From positions 1 to 31,482 of the forward strand of contig JBNKNM010000045.1 of NCBI GenBank assembly GCA_050293845.1: a stretch of 31,482 nt of DNA. The letters are read 5' to 3'. Below the pieces are notes generated by a model. The model saw nothing but the letters and a program-made list of their open reading frames with translations. It searched no databases and was not told the DNA's origin. Positions 20,482-29,515 of the stretch are shown here, in pieces (the first letter of the stretch is position 1; every line of letters starts with the position of its first letter). The position numbers and the translations under genes are program-made. Source of the DNA: Pseudobacteriovorax sp. GTDB lineage: Bacteria > Bdellovibrionota_B > Oligoflexia > Oligoflexales > Oligoflexaceae.

Positions 20482-22026
20482 ATGTTCATCGAACAAATTC
20501 CCATTCGTGTACGCCTAACCTTGGGACATGCTCTATGGATGGCTTTAATTTTTATTGCCATCGGTATTGGAGTCTTTCGTGTCGTTGACGATAATATACG
20601 TCAATCTATTGATGTTACGCTCATGACTTCCGCAAAAAATATCCGCGATAGCAAGGTTCTAGCGAAACGTCGATTACCGGAAGGATTGAAACACTGGGAG
20701 TCCCTATTTGAGGACTTCTTTGCGCGGAGTCATAACGAGGATATTTTTACTAAAGGAAGGAACTCCGCAAAGTCATACGCACAACTCATCGATACCTCCG
20801 GTGTGATTCAGGCAAAAACCCGTAACATCAGAGTGCGCCTGCCCGTTTCCGGTTTAGCTCTTTCCCGTGCTGAAACTGGGCGAGAAACTTTTGAAGACTT
20901 TCGTCTTCCCTCAGGGGTGGTTTTACGGCAGCTGACGTTACCTATTATGGATCGCGGCATTTTTACAGGAGAGTTGATCCAAGTAGGGACTCCGATGACA
21001 TCGACTATCCAAACCCTAAAAAGCGTGAGACGCATGCTTTGGATGACTTCGGGCATTGGGCTCGCTATGTCGGTAATATTTGGTTATCTTTTGACAAAGT
21101 GGTCCTTAAAGCCGGTAGCCCGTATCACTTCAGCTGTTGCCACATTGGGTGTGAATCATGATTTTGACAAGAGGTTGAAAATCATCGGCGCCAATGACGA
21201 GCTGAGTCAACTTATGACGACCTTCAATGAAATGATCGATCGCGTTGAGGATGCTTTTATTCGGTTGCGAAGATTTTCCGGAGATGTATCCCATGAACTC
21301 AGAACGCCATTGGCGGTTTTGCGCGGGGAAGCTGAATTAGCATTGCGTCGTGATAGAAGCAAGGAAGAGTATCAGGAGGCGCTGAGGAATATTGTTAAAG
21401 AATCCAGCCAGATGTCTCATATTGTTGAAGACTTACTTTTGCTGGCCCGCGCCCAAGGAAACGCGATTACTTTAAAGGTACAAACCATTCCTACCGCAGA
21501 CTTTTTAAATATAATCCAAGAGAGCATCGCGAAAAACTTTGAGCAGCGCAATGTTCGATTGCTTGTTAGTAACGAAGGGAAAGACGATATCACCCTATCC
21601 ATAAACTATTATTCTGTAGCTCTAAAGAATTTATTACTCAATGCTTGTAAGCATTCTGCTCCTGGAGGGCTGGTTGAGCTTAAAGTGAGGGCGACGTATA
21701 GTGAGACATGGTTTGATGTTACCGACTATGGTGAAGGGATACCTGAAACAGCTTTGCCCTATGTTTTTGATACTTTCTTTCGGGCAGATACAGCAAGAAA
21801 TCGCGGTACTGGTGGGGTCGGCATTGGACTAAGTTTAGCAAAAGCGATGATCACCCTTCATCGTGGGAAGTTGACGGTTACCTCACAACTTGGCCAGGGC
21901 TCAACATTTCGTGCAACCTTGCCCCATCAACTAGAGCCCGAGGTGAATCACCTTCACCAGAAAAAGCGAAAATCAGTGCCTATGGTACCTTCTAGCCGAC
22001 CTGGACCTGGCCATCTTAAGGCTTGA
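20482..22026 (+). CDS. Membrane sensor histidine kinase (2 TM, HAMP, HisKA, HATPase)
   Basis: H-box DVSHELRTPL, N-box NLLLNACKH, D.GEGI, F.FFR, G.GIGLS. Confidence 0.95.
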   Translation: MFIEQIPIRVRLTLGHALWMALIFIAIGIGVFRVVDDNIRQSIDVTLMTSAKNIRDSKVLAKRRLPEGLKHWESLFEDFFARSHNEDIFTKGRNSAKSYAQLIDTSGVIQAKTRNIRVRLPVSGLALSRAETGRETFEDFRLPSGVVLRQLTLPIMDRGIFTGELIQVGTPMTSTIQTLKSVRRMLWMTSGIGLAMSVIFGYLLTKWSLKPVARITSAVATLGVNHDFDKRLKIIGANDELSQLMTTFNEMIDRVEDAFIRLRRFSGDVSHELRTPLAVLRGEAELALRRDRSKEEYQEALRNIVKESSQMSHIVEDLLLLARAQGNAITLKVQTIPTADFLNIIQESIAKNFEQRNVRLLVSNEGKDDITLSINYYSVALKNLLLNACKHSAPGGLVELKVRATYSETWFDVTDYGEGIPETALPYVFDTFFRADTARNRGTGGVGIGLSLAKAMITLHRGKLTVTSQLGQGSTFRATLPHQLEPEVNHLHQKKRKSVPMVPSSRPGPGHLKA

Positions 22027-23257
22027 TCGATTTCTGTGGGGTGCTACGCAAGCTGATGATCTTTTCTTTGAGTTTGCGATAATCTTGACTTGTTGTGTAG
22101 TTCGTTTGTGCGTAGAGTCTGTTGTCAAAGTTCGCAAGGGTAAAATTTTCTGGTGGAATTTTAATGTGAGCTTGTAAGCATCCGGCATGGTCCTCACATC
22201 GCAGGATCATTCCCGCATCCTCTAAAGTTTCGAGGGCTTCATCTACCCAGTATAAAGGTAGTTCTAAAGCTTTAGCAAGTTCATCGCTGGAACAGCCCTG
22301 ACCATTATTTTCCATAAAGTCGTCATAGCATTTCAGCATCAGGATGGCTGGTAGGAAATACTTCACCTCATTAGTTACAGGAAGTGAGTGCTGATGACTT
22401 GACGATTCCCGGTTGAGTTCCATTTGAAAACCCTGTTGGCTGCGCCATGTTACGAGGGCTCCCAGTAATACGATGGCCCATATAATATACAGCCAAAGAA
22501 GGAAGGTCGGAATAGCTGCCAGAGCGGCCCCATAAATGGCATGATAGTTAGAAAAAAGCACGATGTAAGCCTGAAATAGCTTTCCAGCAAGGGTTAATAG
22601 GATGGTAGCAAATATACCTCCCATAACAGCGGGGCGAACTTTTACGTTACAGTTTGGGATTAGTTTGTAAATAAGGGAAAAAAGCAGCACCATGATAAAT
22701 TTGTTAAACCAATTACTTATCATAGCCCAAATTTCATTGAATTCTCCAGAGCGATAGTCTGAGATGGTGCCGAGAAACAAGGCTAGGCTGAAGGCTCCCA
22801 GGGTTGTAAACGTCCAAAAATTTACGAAACGAGTTACTAAGTTTCTTGGTTTATGGACTTGAAAGATGCTATTGAGAGCGATTTCAATTTGCCGCAACAA
22901 CATGACTAAGGTGATCAGTGTTCCCGCAAACCCAGTTAATCCGATTTTGCGAATATCAAGGTTTCCGATGAAGCTGGCCAAGTAGGCAGTCATCTGCTCG
23001 CCACTTCCCGTGGCTAGATGCTCCAATATAAATTGGCGGATTTTAGTAATAAAGTCAGAATCTTGCTCAAGGAGCGGGCTGAAAAGAGTCAGTACTGCAA
23101 AGAGGGCCGAGAGCGAGGGAACGAGCGATAGTAGGCTTACATAGGCCATGGAGTAAGAATATTGAAAGATTTTGCAACGCAAAATATCTTGCCACCAGAT
23201 TTGCAGATATTGCTTGATCTTCTGGATTGGAAGATTTTTCACAGCTAAAACTCGCAT
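22016..23257 (-). CDS. YihY/BrkB-family membrane protein with C-terminal winged-helix domain
   Basis: SLLSLVP, IE.ALN.IF, IYGA.LAAIP.FLLWLY..W..VLLGA; C-terminal ELAKALELP...LETLEDAGMI. Confidence 0.88.
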   Translation of the reverse strand: MRVLAVKNLPIQKIKQYLQIWWQDILRCKIFQYSYSMAYVSLLSLVPSLSALFAVLTLFSPLLEQDSDFITKIRQFILEHLATGSGEQMTAYLASFIGNLDIRKIGLTGFAGTLITLVMLLRQIEIALNSIFQVHKPRNLVTRFVNFWTFTTLGAFSLALFLGTISDYRSGEFNEIWAMISNWFNKFIMVLLFSLIYKLIPNCNVKVRPAVMGGIFATILLTLAGKLFQAYIVLFSNYHAIYGAALAAIPTFLLWLYIIWAIVLLGALVTWRSQQGFQMELNRESSSHQHSLPVTNEVKYFLPAILMLKCYDDFMENNGQGCSSDELAKALELPLYWVDEALETLEDAGMILRCEDHAGCLQAHIKIPPENFTLANFDNRLYAQTNYTTSQDYRKLKEKIISLRSTPQKSIKP

Positions 23258-23272
23258 GGTTGTGGCTTTAGT

Positions 23273-23875
23273 TTAGTGGAGATAAGAGCTTATTTGGCTG
23301 CTGCGCTCACGAATCCATCCCCTAATTTTTTCTAAGCCTGTTGTTTGCCAATTTGCTTGCACTCGTTCATTCAGAAATTCTGAAAACAGCCCATCAATGA
23401 CATCGACAAGAACTTGGCAAGATTTAAGGCGAAAGCTAAGAAGGGAAAAATTTTCTGTCTGGGTATATTCTTCCAATGGCTCGGGTAAACGAACAGAGCG
23501 GGGATTTAGGTCATCTCCTGAAAAAGTACAGATAAAGTCACCGATTTCTTCTATATGAAAACCTAGCCGGATCTCTTTGACGGACTTCCCCCCTTGAAGC
23601 GAAGCAGTTGCCTCAAGGCTTTGGCTGGGATCGCCACCCTTCAGAGTTTGTTGATGGGCCTTGCTATTGGGCGACTCCAATACCAGGCGATCGTCAACCC
23701 ACACCTGCACCTGATAGACTTCTTTATCTTTTGCGGCTATTTTAAAAGAGCGCTCCTTGTCTTCTGAGCAGTACCAGATCCAGGTGAGAAATTCTTTACC
23801 CAGAAAGGATTTTGCTTTGGCTGTTGTCACAAGGTTCTCAATATTAGCCAGTTCTTGTTGGGAATTTCGTTCCAT
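23273..23875 (-). CDS. RdgC-like protein (short deltaproteobacterial/Bdellovibrionota type)
   Basis: FLGKEFLTWIWY and EA..SL..GK.V.E.RL motifs. Confidence 0.65.
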   Translation of the reverse strand: MERNSQQELANIENLVTTAKAKSFLGKEFLTWIWYCSEDKERSFKIAAKDKEVYQVQVWVDDRLVLESPNSKAHQQTLKGGDPSQSLEATASLQGGKSVKEIRLGFHIEEIGDFICTFSGDDLNPRSVRLPEPLEEYTQTENFSLLSFRLKSCQVLVDVIDGLFSEFLNERVQANWQTTGLEKIRGWIRERSSQISSYLH

Positions 23876-23915
23876 TTTTTTTGTAATCTCCGGATCTTAT
23901 AGACTTCTTGGAGCC

Positions 23916-23935
23916 TGTGGATAAGCTGTGGATAA
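23916..23935 (-). promoter_or_regulatory. Two perfect tandem DnaA boxes (TTATCCACA)
   Basis: TGTGGATAA at 23916-23924 and 23927-23935, in a divergent intergenic region. Confidence 0.75.
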
Positions 23936-24034
23936 GGTAATGAGGATCAGAAAATCTTTTGTCCCGTAGACAGCTAGCCTGCCAAGATGATAGTTAGAAA
24001 AAATAGTCTCCATTAAACTGGTGGAGAATGCAAT

Positions 24035-24538
24035 ATGAGTTTTGGTGGGGATGCCATGGCAAAAAAGATGCATAAAGGATCTCGTAGGGAGGAACGATCC
24101 TATAACAGCGTGTCGTTTGACCTCGAAGAAGACGCTCTTGAAATTTTTCTCCAGTATCTTGAGGAAGATAACCCTCCTGACGACTATGATGAGATGCCAC
24201 ATACTAAAAAAAAGATAGGCAAAAGGCAGAAAAAACAGTCTGTATGTCATATTAACTTGGATCTCCATGGTCATACTGTGGAGGAAGCTAAGAAGCGCAT
24301 TGATGCGGAGCTTTATCACCTCCGGGAGAAGAATCGCGGTATGGTCGGGCTCAGAATCATCACCGGGAGAGGGCTTCATAGTGGTTTGGGAGGGGCGATA
24401 CTGATAACTGAAGTCTACGATTATGTTCAGGGAAAGTATCAGCATCTGATTGTGTCCATCGATGATCCTCCGGTGAACCTTAAAATAGGTGATATACCTT
24501 TAAAGGGGCATTTCGATGTTGTTTTTCATTTTAAATAA
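24035..24538 (+). CDS. Smr (small MutS-related) domain protein
   Basis: LDLHGHTVEEA and IITGRGLHS. Confidence 0.9.
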   Translation: MSFGGDAMAKKMHKGSRREERSYNSVSFDLEEDALEIFLQYLEEDNPPDDYDEMPHTKKKIGKRQKKQSVCHINLDLHGHTVEEAKKRIDAELYHLREKNRGMVGLRIITGRGLHSGLGGAILITEVYDYVQGKYQHLIVSIDDPPVNLKIGDIPLKGHFDVVFHFK

Positions 24539-24621
24539 TTCAAACACAGATAAACCTTAGATTTTTTCAGGAAGAAGCTGGTATACCAGAGGGCTCTGAT
24601 TACTATAGTGAAAGGCAGCGG

Positions 24622-25548
24622 ATGCATCCCAACAAAACCTACGAACTGACCATAGACTTTACCCCTTCTGGAGATCCGGAGGATACCAAGAACCGGATAA
24701 AAGATTGGCTTGTGAGTAAGGGAGAAGACACCTTCGTGGAAGGGGTCGTCGAAAACCTCGACATAGACTTTGACTATGAAGATCAAGGTAGTAACCTTTA
24801 CGCTGCTTTAGGCGGTGAGCTTACACCTCTTATAATCTATAAGTACGACCATGAATACTTGATCCAGTTAAAAGGGTATCTCAGTGAAGCCTATGGCGAT
24901 TCTGTTATTTTGATGATTAAAGAGATTGATACCCAGACCTGGATGGAGGGGTGGAAAGAAAGCTTCAAACCATTTGCAACCAAACATTTCATCGTATCTC
25001 CTCCCTGGGAATCTGTGGTACCTGATAAGGATAAGCAGGTTCTTACAATCGAGCCAGGTATGGCGTTTGGTACCGGACAGCATGCTACAACGCAGCTATG
25101 TTTGCGTTTGATTGAAGAGCATTATCGTCCCGATCGCTGGGAATCCGCACTGGATGTGGGAACGGGAACGGGAATCCTAGCTATCGCTTTAAAGAAATTA
25201 GGCTGTCATAATCTGCTAGCCACGGACATTGACGCCGATGCGATGATCGCAACACGCGAAAATGCCAAGCTCAATCATGTGACAGTAGATCTGATGCATA
25301 CCAGTGTTCCGGAAGGCAGAACAGCTGATATTGTCATTGCCAATATTCTGTTGGTGGTCATCAAGCGTATCTTTGCTGAACTGGTGGGAGCTATGGCAAA
25401 GGGCGGTCGTCTCTTATTGTCAGGTATACTAGAAGAAGAGCTGGACGAACTACTTCCATTACTACGTCAGCATCACCTGGAAGTGGCCGAAACACTATTA
25501 TCCGGTGGCTGGGCCGCATTATTGCTTCGGGAAAGCCATGAGTCATAG
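24622..25548 (+). CDS. prmA: Ribosomal protein L11 methyltransferase
   Basis: W...WK..F, IEPGMAFGTGQHATT, LDVGTGTGILAI, IANIL, LSGIL. Confidence 0.95.
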   Translation: MHPNKTYELTIDFTPSGDPEDTKNRIKDWLVSKGEDTFVEGVVENLDIDFDYEDQGSNLYAALGGELTPLIIYKYDHEYLIQLKGYLSEAYGDSVILMIKEIDTQTWMEGWKESFKPFATKHFIVSPPWESVVPDKDKQVLTIEPGMAFGTGQHATTQLCLRLIEEHYRPDRWESALDVGTGTGILAIALKKLGCHNLLATDIDADAMIATRENAKLNHVTVDLMHTSVPEGRTADIVIANILLVVIKRIFAELVGAMAKGGRLLLSGILEEELDELLPLLRQHHLEVAETLLSGGWAALLLRESHES

Positions 25549-26236
25549 ATTTCGTTTTTTCGGAGCATTTGATGACTCAGATCAACTCTGGAAACTAGAC
25601 GCCGATGATTGCCAGCATTTTCTTAAGGTTTTACGACTGACTCCTGGAACCGTGATTGAAGTTTTTGATGGTCAGGGGCGATGGGCGGTGGGTCCTGCCC
25701 AGTTGACTACGAAAACACAGGTTGTCATGGCAACGCCAACAAACCAATTTCAGCCGAAACCAAAGAACAAAACGGCAGTGGCTATTGGTGCCATAAAGAC
25801 ATCTGACTTTGAAGATATTTTACCCAGCTTGATCGAGCTGGGGGTACAGCAGATTTTTGTTTTTTTGCAGCAAGGTGTGGACAAAAAGCGGACCCATCCC
25901 AAGGCGCAACGTCGCTGGTGGCGCATTGCTATGGCAGCCGCCAAACAGGCAAAGAGAAACTGGTTCCCGGAGGTGGTCTGCCTCAGTCAATTGCAGGATT
26001 TGCAACCCCATTTGGATGATTTTCCAGAAAGATATGTTTTAGATGCGTCAGGCAGTAACGCTCCTCTGGGCGCTGCTGGGGCGTCTCGTTTGATTGCTTT
26101 GGGTAGTGAGCAAGGGTTACGGGAAGATGAAATGGCGCAGCTTCTTTCCTGGCATTTCAAGAAGCAGAGTGTTGGCAAGCACATACTGCGGGCGCGAACG
26201 GCAGCCGTTGTAGCGGCAACCTTGTTAGCACTTTAG
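25538..26236 (+). CDS. rsmE: 16S rRNA m3U1498 methyltransferase
   Basis: H..KVLRL, ELGV, AAKQAKR, GSEQG, ILRARTA. ATG 25538 overlaps the prmA end, giving the usual prmA-rsmE order. Confidence 0.9.
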   Translation: MSHRFRFFGAFDDSDQLWKLDADDCQHFLKVLRLTPGTVIEVFDGQGRWAVGPAQLTTKTQVVMATPTNQFQPKPKNKTAVAIGAIKTSDFEDILPSLIELGVQQIFVFLQQGVDKKRTHPKAQRRWWRIAMAAAKQAKRNWFPEVVCLSQLQDLQPHLDDFPERYVLDASGSNAPLGAAGASRLIALGSEQGLREDEMAQLLSWHFKKQSVGKHILRARTAAVVAATLLAL

Positions 26237-26324
26237 TATGCCTATTTGCTTGCTCCGAACTTTTGCAAGTCTATTTCCCATGCTATAATGTAGGGACTGA
26301 TGTCTCCAACTGCAGGATGGAGTT

Positions 26325-26921
26325 ATGAAGCTTTTCCAGCGCTGCCGGGACGCTGCTTATAGATCCTTTGAAGCCCATCGACAAGTGAAACTAGGGACCC
26401 TTTTTCTCCTATTGAATCTCATTAGCTCTTTAACATTGTTGGGGCTATTCAGCTTTTACTTTTGGGATATTTATACAATCGTCGCTGATTATTTTCAGCT
26501 TTCCGAAGCCAGTAGCAACCAGGTGCTTGATAAGGTGGAAGGTCCGGTGATGATATGCGGATGCCTGGTGCTAATTTTTTTAACCTGCTCATTGGTGTTA
26601 TCGGTGAAGCATACCGGTCGTATCTATAATGCTCTCAATGCCATCGGGGTGTTTATTGACAAATTACCATCGAGCAGCGACGTGTCTAAGTTGAATTTAC
26701 AGTATTCCCGCCAGCTCGCTGAGATAAGTGCAAAGCTCAATGGACTCAAGGACTATTATGACAAACCCAAACCTCACAGTGTTGCTATTCTGGTGGAATT
26801 TATGGAGCAGCATATGGCGGGGAAAGCCGTTGCCTGCCCCCAACTGGAACCTGGAGATCCCTTGACTCTGTTGGCCCACAAGTTAGAGCAGTTTAGGCAG
26901 GCGGGCTGCGAAAAAAAATGA
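26325..26921 (+). CDS. Hypothetical 2-TM membrane protein (possible degenerate HAMP)
   Basis: Two hydrophobic helices, GGAG RBS, and an extended -10 TGCTATAAT at 26281-26289. Confidence 0.75.
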   Translation: MKLFQRCRDAAYRSFEAHRQVKLGTLFLLLNLISSLTLLGLFSFYFWDIYTIVADYFQLSEASSNQVLDKVEGPVMICGCLVLIFLTCSLVLSVKHTGRIYNALNAIGVFIDKLPSSSDVSKLNLQYSRQLAEISAKLNGLKDYYDKPKPHSVAILVEFMEQHMAGKAVACPQLEPGDPLTLLAHKLEQFRQAGCEKK

Positions 26922-26947
26922 CATACAAAGATTTTTCGGATCGGAGG

Positions 26948-26976
26948 TTGACAAATTTTGAAGCTCCTCTTATAAC
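26948..26976 (+). promoter_or_regulatory. Sigma70 promoter of the tRNA gene
   Basis: TTGACA-N17-TATAAC. Confidence 0.8.
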
Positions 26977-27000
26977 CTAACTCTCTCAAGCAGACACTAC

Positions 27001-27077
27001 CGCGGGGTGGAGAAGTCTGGTATCTCGTCGGGCTCATAACCCGAAGGTCGCAGGTTCAAATCCTGCCCCCGCTACCA
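27001..27077 (+). tRNA. Initiator tRNA-fMet (CAT)
   Basis: CGCGGGG...CCCCGCT-ACCA with an unpaired C1; anticodon arm TCGGG-CTCATAA-CCCGA with three G-C pairs; GTTCAAAT T-loop; encoded CCA. Confidence 0.97.
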
Positions 27078-27299
27078 AATTTTTATCAAAAATCGTTAAT
27101 CCTTCCCATAGTAAAATCACACACTAGAATACTGACTAAGTTGTAAATGTTGAGATGTCGCAGAACTCTGTTACCCAAGGCTCATAAATTTTTGGAAAAA
27201 TGAATCCATGAGATTGGTGGATTTTACAACATAATTTCGATAATCCTTTAAGAAACATCAAAAGCATCCGACACCCAGAGTATTCTGGGAGGCTATACC

Positions 27300-28838
27300 T
27301 TGAAGTCAGGACAGCAGCAAGTTAGAGATCAGCTTTGCGACACCTACATCCAGCAGTGTACGACCATGGTGTCTTATGCCATTGAAAATGGCATCAAGCT
27401 CGATGAGTCTGTTCTTAGCAACTTTGATCAAACCTTTCGCCATGATCAGGAAGTACAAGCTTCGTTTTCTGAGTTAACTAGCCTCCATAATTACCTTGTC
27501 GATGCTATACACCCTATTTCTCCGCAAATCCTTAAGGTACGGAAGCAGGAAATATATGGTAAAACGTGGCTCTCGCGTTTAAGTCTTATCAAAAAGCTAA
27601 TAGGGCTTGCGATTTTTTTCCTTATCGCCCTTTTCTGTTTAAGCCTTTCAAAAGACGTCAACGGCGACCCAGTGAACTTTAACTTGTTTACCAATAGTGG
27701 CATACCCCTGCTCCTCAATGAACTGTTCTTATTGGTGTCAGCAGGTTTGGGTGCTTCATTTTCAGCCCTTTTTAAAGCCAATCGTTTTGTTGAGCAGGGC
27801 ACTTATGATCCATCCTATGAAACCTCCTACTGGATACAGGTTATATTAGGTCTGGTTGCGGGAACTATTCTTGCTATGCTGATTCCTATTGAGGAAATTG
27901 AAAGACTTGCAGAAGGTGCTAATCAATCCCATTTATCCTCGCTAAATGGATTAGGTAAACCTCTTCTAGCAATTGCAGGAGGTTTCTCAGCAAATCTGGT
28001 CTATAAAGCTTTGTTAAAAATCGTCCAGTTCTTAGAATCTGTCTTAGATACTGTGATTCCCTCTAAGGAACTCAAGCAAATTTCTCGCAAAACTTCGTCT
28101 CCAGCTATGGAGACAACAATGAGGAGTCAACCTATGGCAACACCGAAACAAACAAGTTTGATTGATAATAATGCTAAAGATGAAACATCAAAGAGCAAGG
28201 GGGAAAAACTTGCTGCTGATACAGCAGAGGAAAGCGCTACTGCTCCAGGAGACAATAGTGCTCCTGACGATAGACCTTTCATGGGTTTTCTGAAAGACTT
28301 TGTGGTCTTGGGTGAAGGCTGCCGCAAATCTGTATATCGTGATTCCTTAGGAATTCCTACTATTGGCATCGGCTGTAATCTGAACGTTACCAGCAATCAA
28401 GATCTCATCCGTTCCATGGGAATCGATCCTCAGCAGCTGATTGCCGGTAGTGAAAGTCTAAGTGATGAGCAAATCAATCGTATTTTTTCTTGCCAGATCA
28501 ACGATTGTAAGAAAAATGTTCTGCGTTTGTTTGGCAATTTTGAGAACTTGAGCCCTTTGCGACAAATTGTTCTTCTCGATATGATCTTTAACTTAGGCTA
28601 CCAGCGTCTTAGCAAGTTCAAGAATTTACGCCAAGCAGTTTCCGAACAAAATTTTTCTCGTGCGGCAAAAGAGATGAAAAATTCGCGTTGGTTCCAGCAA
28701 GTCAAAAATCGTGGTCAGCGCAACGTCTATATTATGGAAAATGATACTATTGAAGGAGCTCCCTTTGTAGAGACTCTAGATGCCAGTGAGCTTTTGAAGA
28801 ATACTGAGGTGGTTAACAGACTACAAAATATTGCTTAA
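27300..28838 (+). CDS. Multi-TM membrane protein fused to a C-terminal T4-type (GH24) lysozyme
   Basis: GGAGG RBS with TTG start; about 4 hydrophobic helices; S/T/K/E-rich linker; EGCRKSVYRDSLGIPTIGIG gives E-x8-D-x5-T; M.FNLG, SRWFQQVKNRGQR. Confidence 0.9.
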   Translation: MKSGQQQVRDQLCDTYIQQCTTMVSYAIENGIKLDESVLSNFDQTFRHDQEVQASFSELTSLHNYLVDAIHPISPQILKVRKQEIYGKTWLSRLSLIKKLIGLAIFFLIALFCLSLSKDVNGDPVNFNLFTNSGIPLLLNELFLLVSAGLGASFSALFKANRFVEQGTYDPSYETSYWIQVILGLVAGTILAMLIPIEEIERLAEGANQSHLSSLNGLGKPLLAIAGGFSANLVYKALLKIVQFLESVLDTVIPSKELKQISRKTSSPAMETTMRSQPMATPKQTSLIDNNAKDETSKSKGEKLAADTAEESATAPGDNSAPDDRPFMGFLKDFVVLGEGCRKSVYRDSLGIPTIGIGCNLNVTSNQDLIRSMGIDPQQLIAGSESLSDEQINRIFSCQINDCKKNVLRLFGNFENLSPLRQIVLLDMIFNLGYQRLSKFKNLRQAVSEQNFSRAAKEMKNSRWFQQVKNRGQRNVYIMENDTIEGAPFVETLDASELLKNTEVVNRLQNIA

Positions 28839-28847
28839 CCACTATTT

Positions 28848-29507
28848 TCATGATTTGGGGGTTGTTTTTCGCCCTGGTAAAACCGTTAAATTAGCTGGAG
28901 TTTTAGATTCATACTTGTCTTGCTGCGCTTCTCTCTTCCAAGAACTTAAAAGATCGGAAATTAGAAATAAGGCTTCTGGAATACTTACCAGACTCAAGAT
29001 TTTTTGGGTCCCGGGTCGCAACTCTTGCTGATTTACTAGTATTTGCCAGATACCTTTGCAATTTTCTGGATCAAGACTGTCATTGGCAACCACTCCATTT
29101 TGAATCGCCACTAGGAGAAGCTGTTTGACGATGTCTTTAGCCTCGTTAACCTGCTGTTCTAGGGGGTCCATAATGGAGCTGACAATCTCCTGAGCCCGGT
29201 TTAGGATTTGACCGCAAATCGCACGCATGATTTTTTTACGGCTTCCACGCTTTTTATCAGTGAGGCTAGGATCGATATAATAAGTATCCTTGCGCCAAAC
29301 CCCTATCTCCACACTGATAACATCGGAGCGCAATGCTGCGATTTTACTAAGCTCTGAACGACGGCTATGAGCTAACAGCTGTTCAAGCTTGGTAAGCCAT
29401 GCTTTTAGATCGCGACTAAAAAAAGGTGATTGTTGGTCAAAGGAATTGACAAGGGTGGGGAGCTGCATTGTCAAACCCTTAAGATCTTCCAAAACATTTA
29501 TCTTCAT
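28848..29507 (-). CDS. Hypothetical all-helical protein, third gene of the DUF2589 operon
   Basis: 219-aa ORF starting 8 bp after the upstream stop codon. Confidence 0.8.
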   Translation of the reverse strand: MKINVLEDLKGLTMQLPTLVNSFDQQSPFFSRDLKAWLTKLEQLLAHSRRSELSKIAALRSDVISVEIGVWRKDTYYIDPSLTDKKRGSRKKIMRAICGQILNRAQEIVSSIMDPLEQQVNEAKDIVKQLLLVAIQNGVVANDSLDPENCKGIWQILVNQQELRPGTQKILSLVSIPEALFLISDLLSSWKREAQQDKYESKTPANLTVLPGRKTTPKS

Positions 29508-29515
29508 AATAGGGC

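Noticed and set aside
23876..24034. oriC
   Set aside because: Only two DnaA boxes, no clear unwinding element and no origin-linked genes. Kept only as a DnaA-site finding.
23897..24445. 182-aa minus-strand ORF
   Set aside because: Antisense shadow of the Smr gene with no recognisable motif.
26774..27037. 87-aa minus-strand ORF
   Set aside because: Overlaps the tRNA gene and its promoter.
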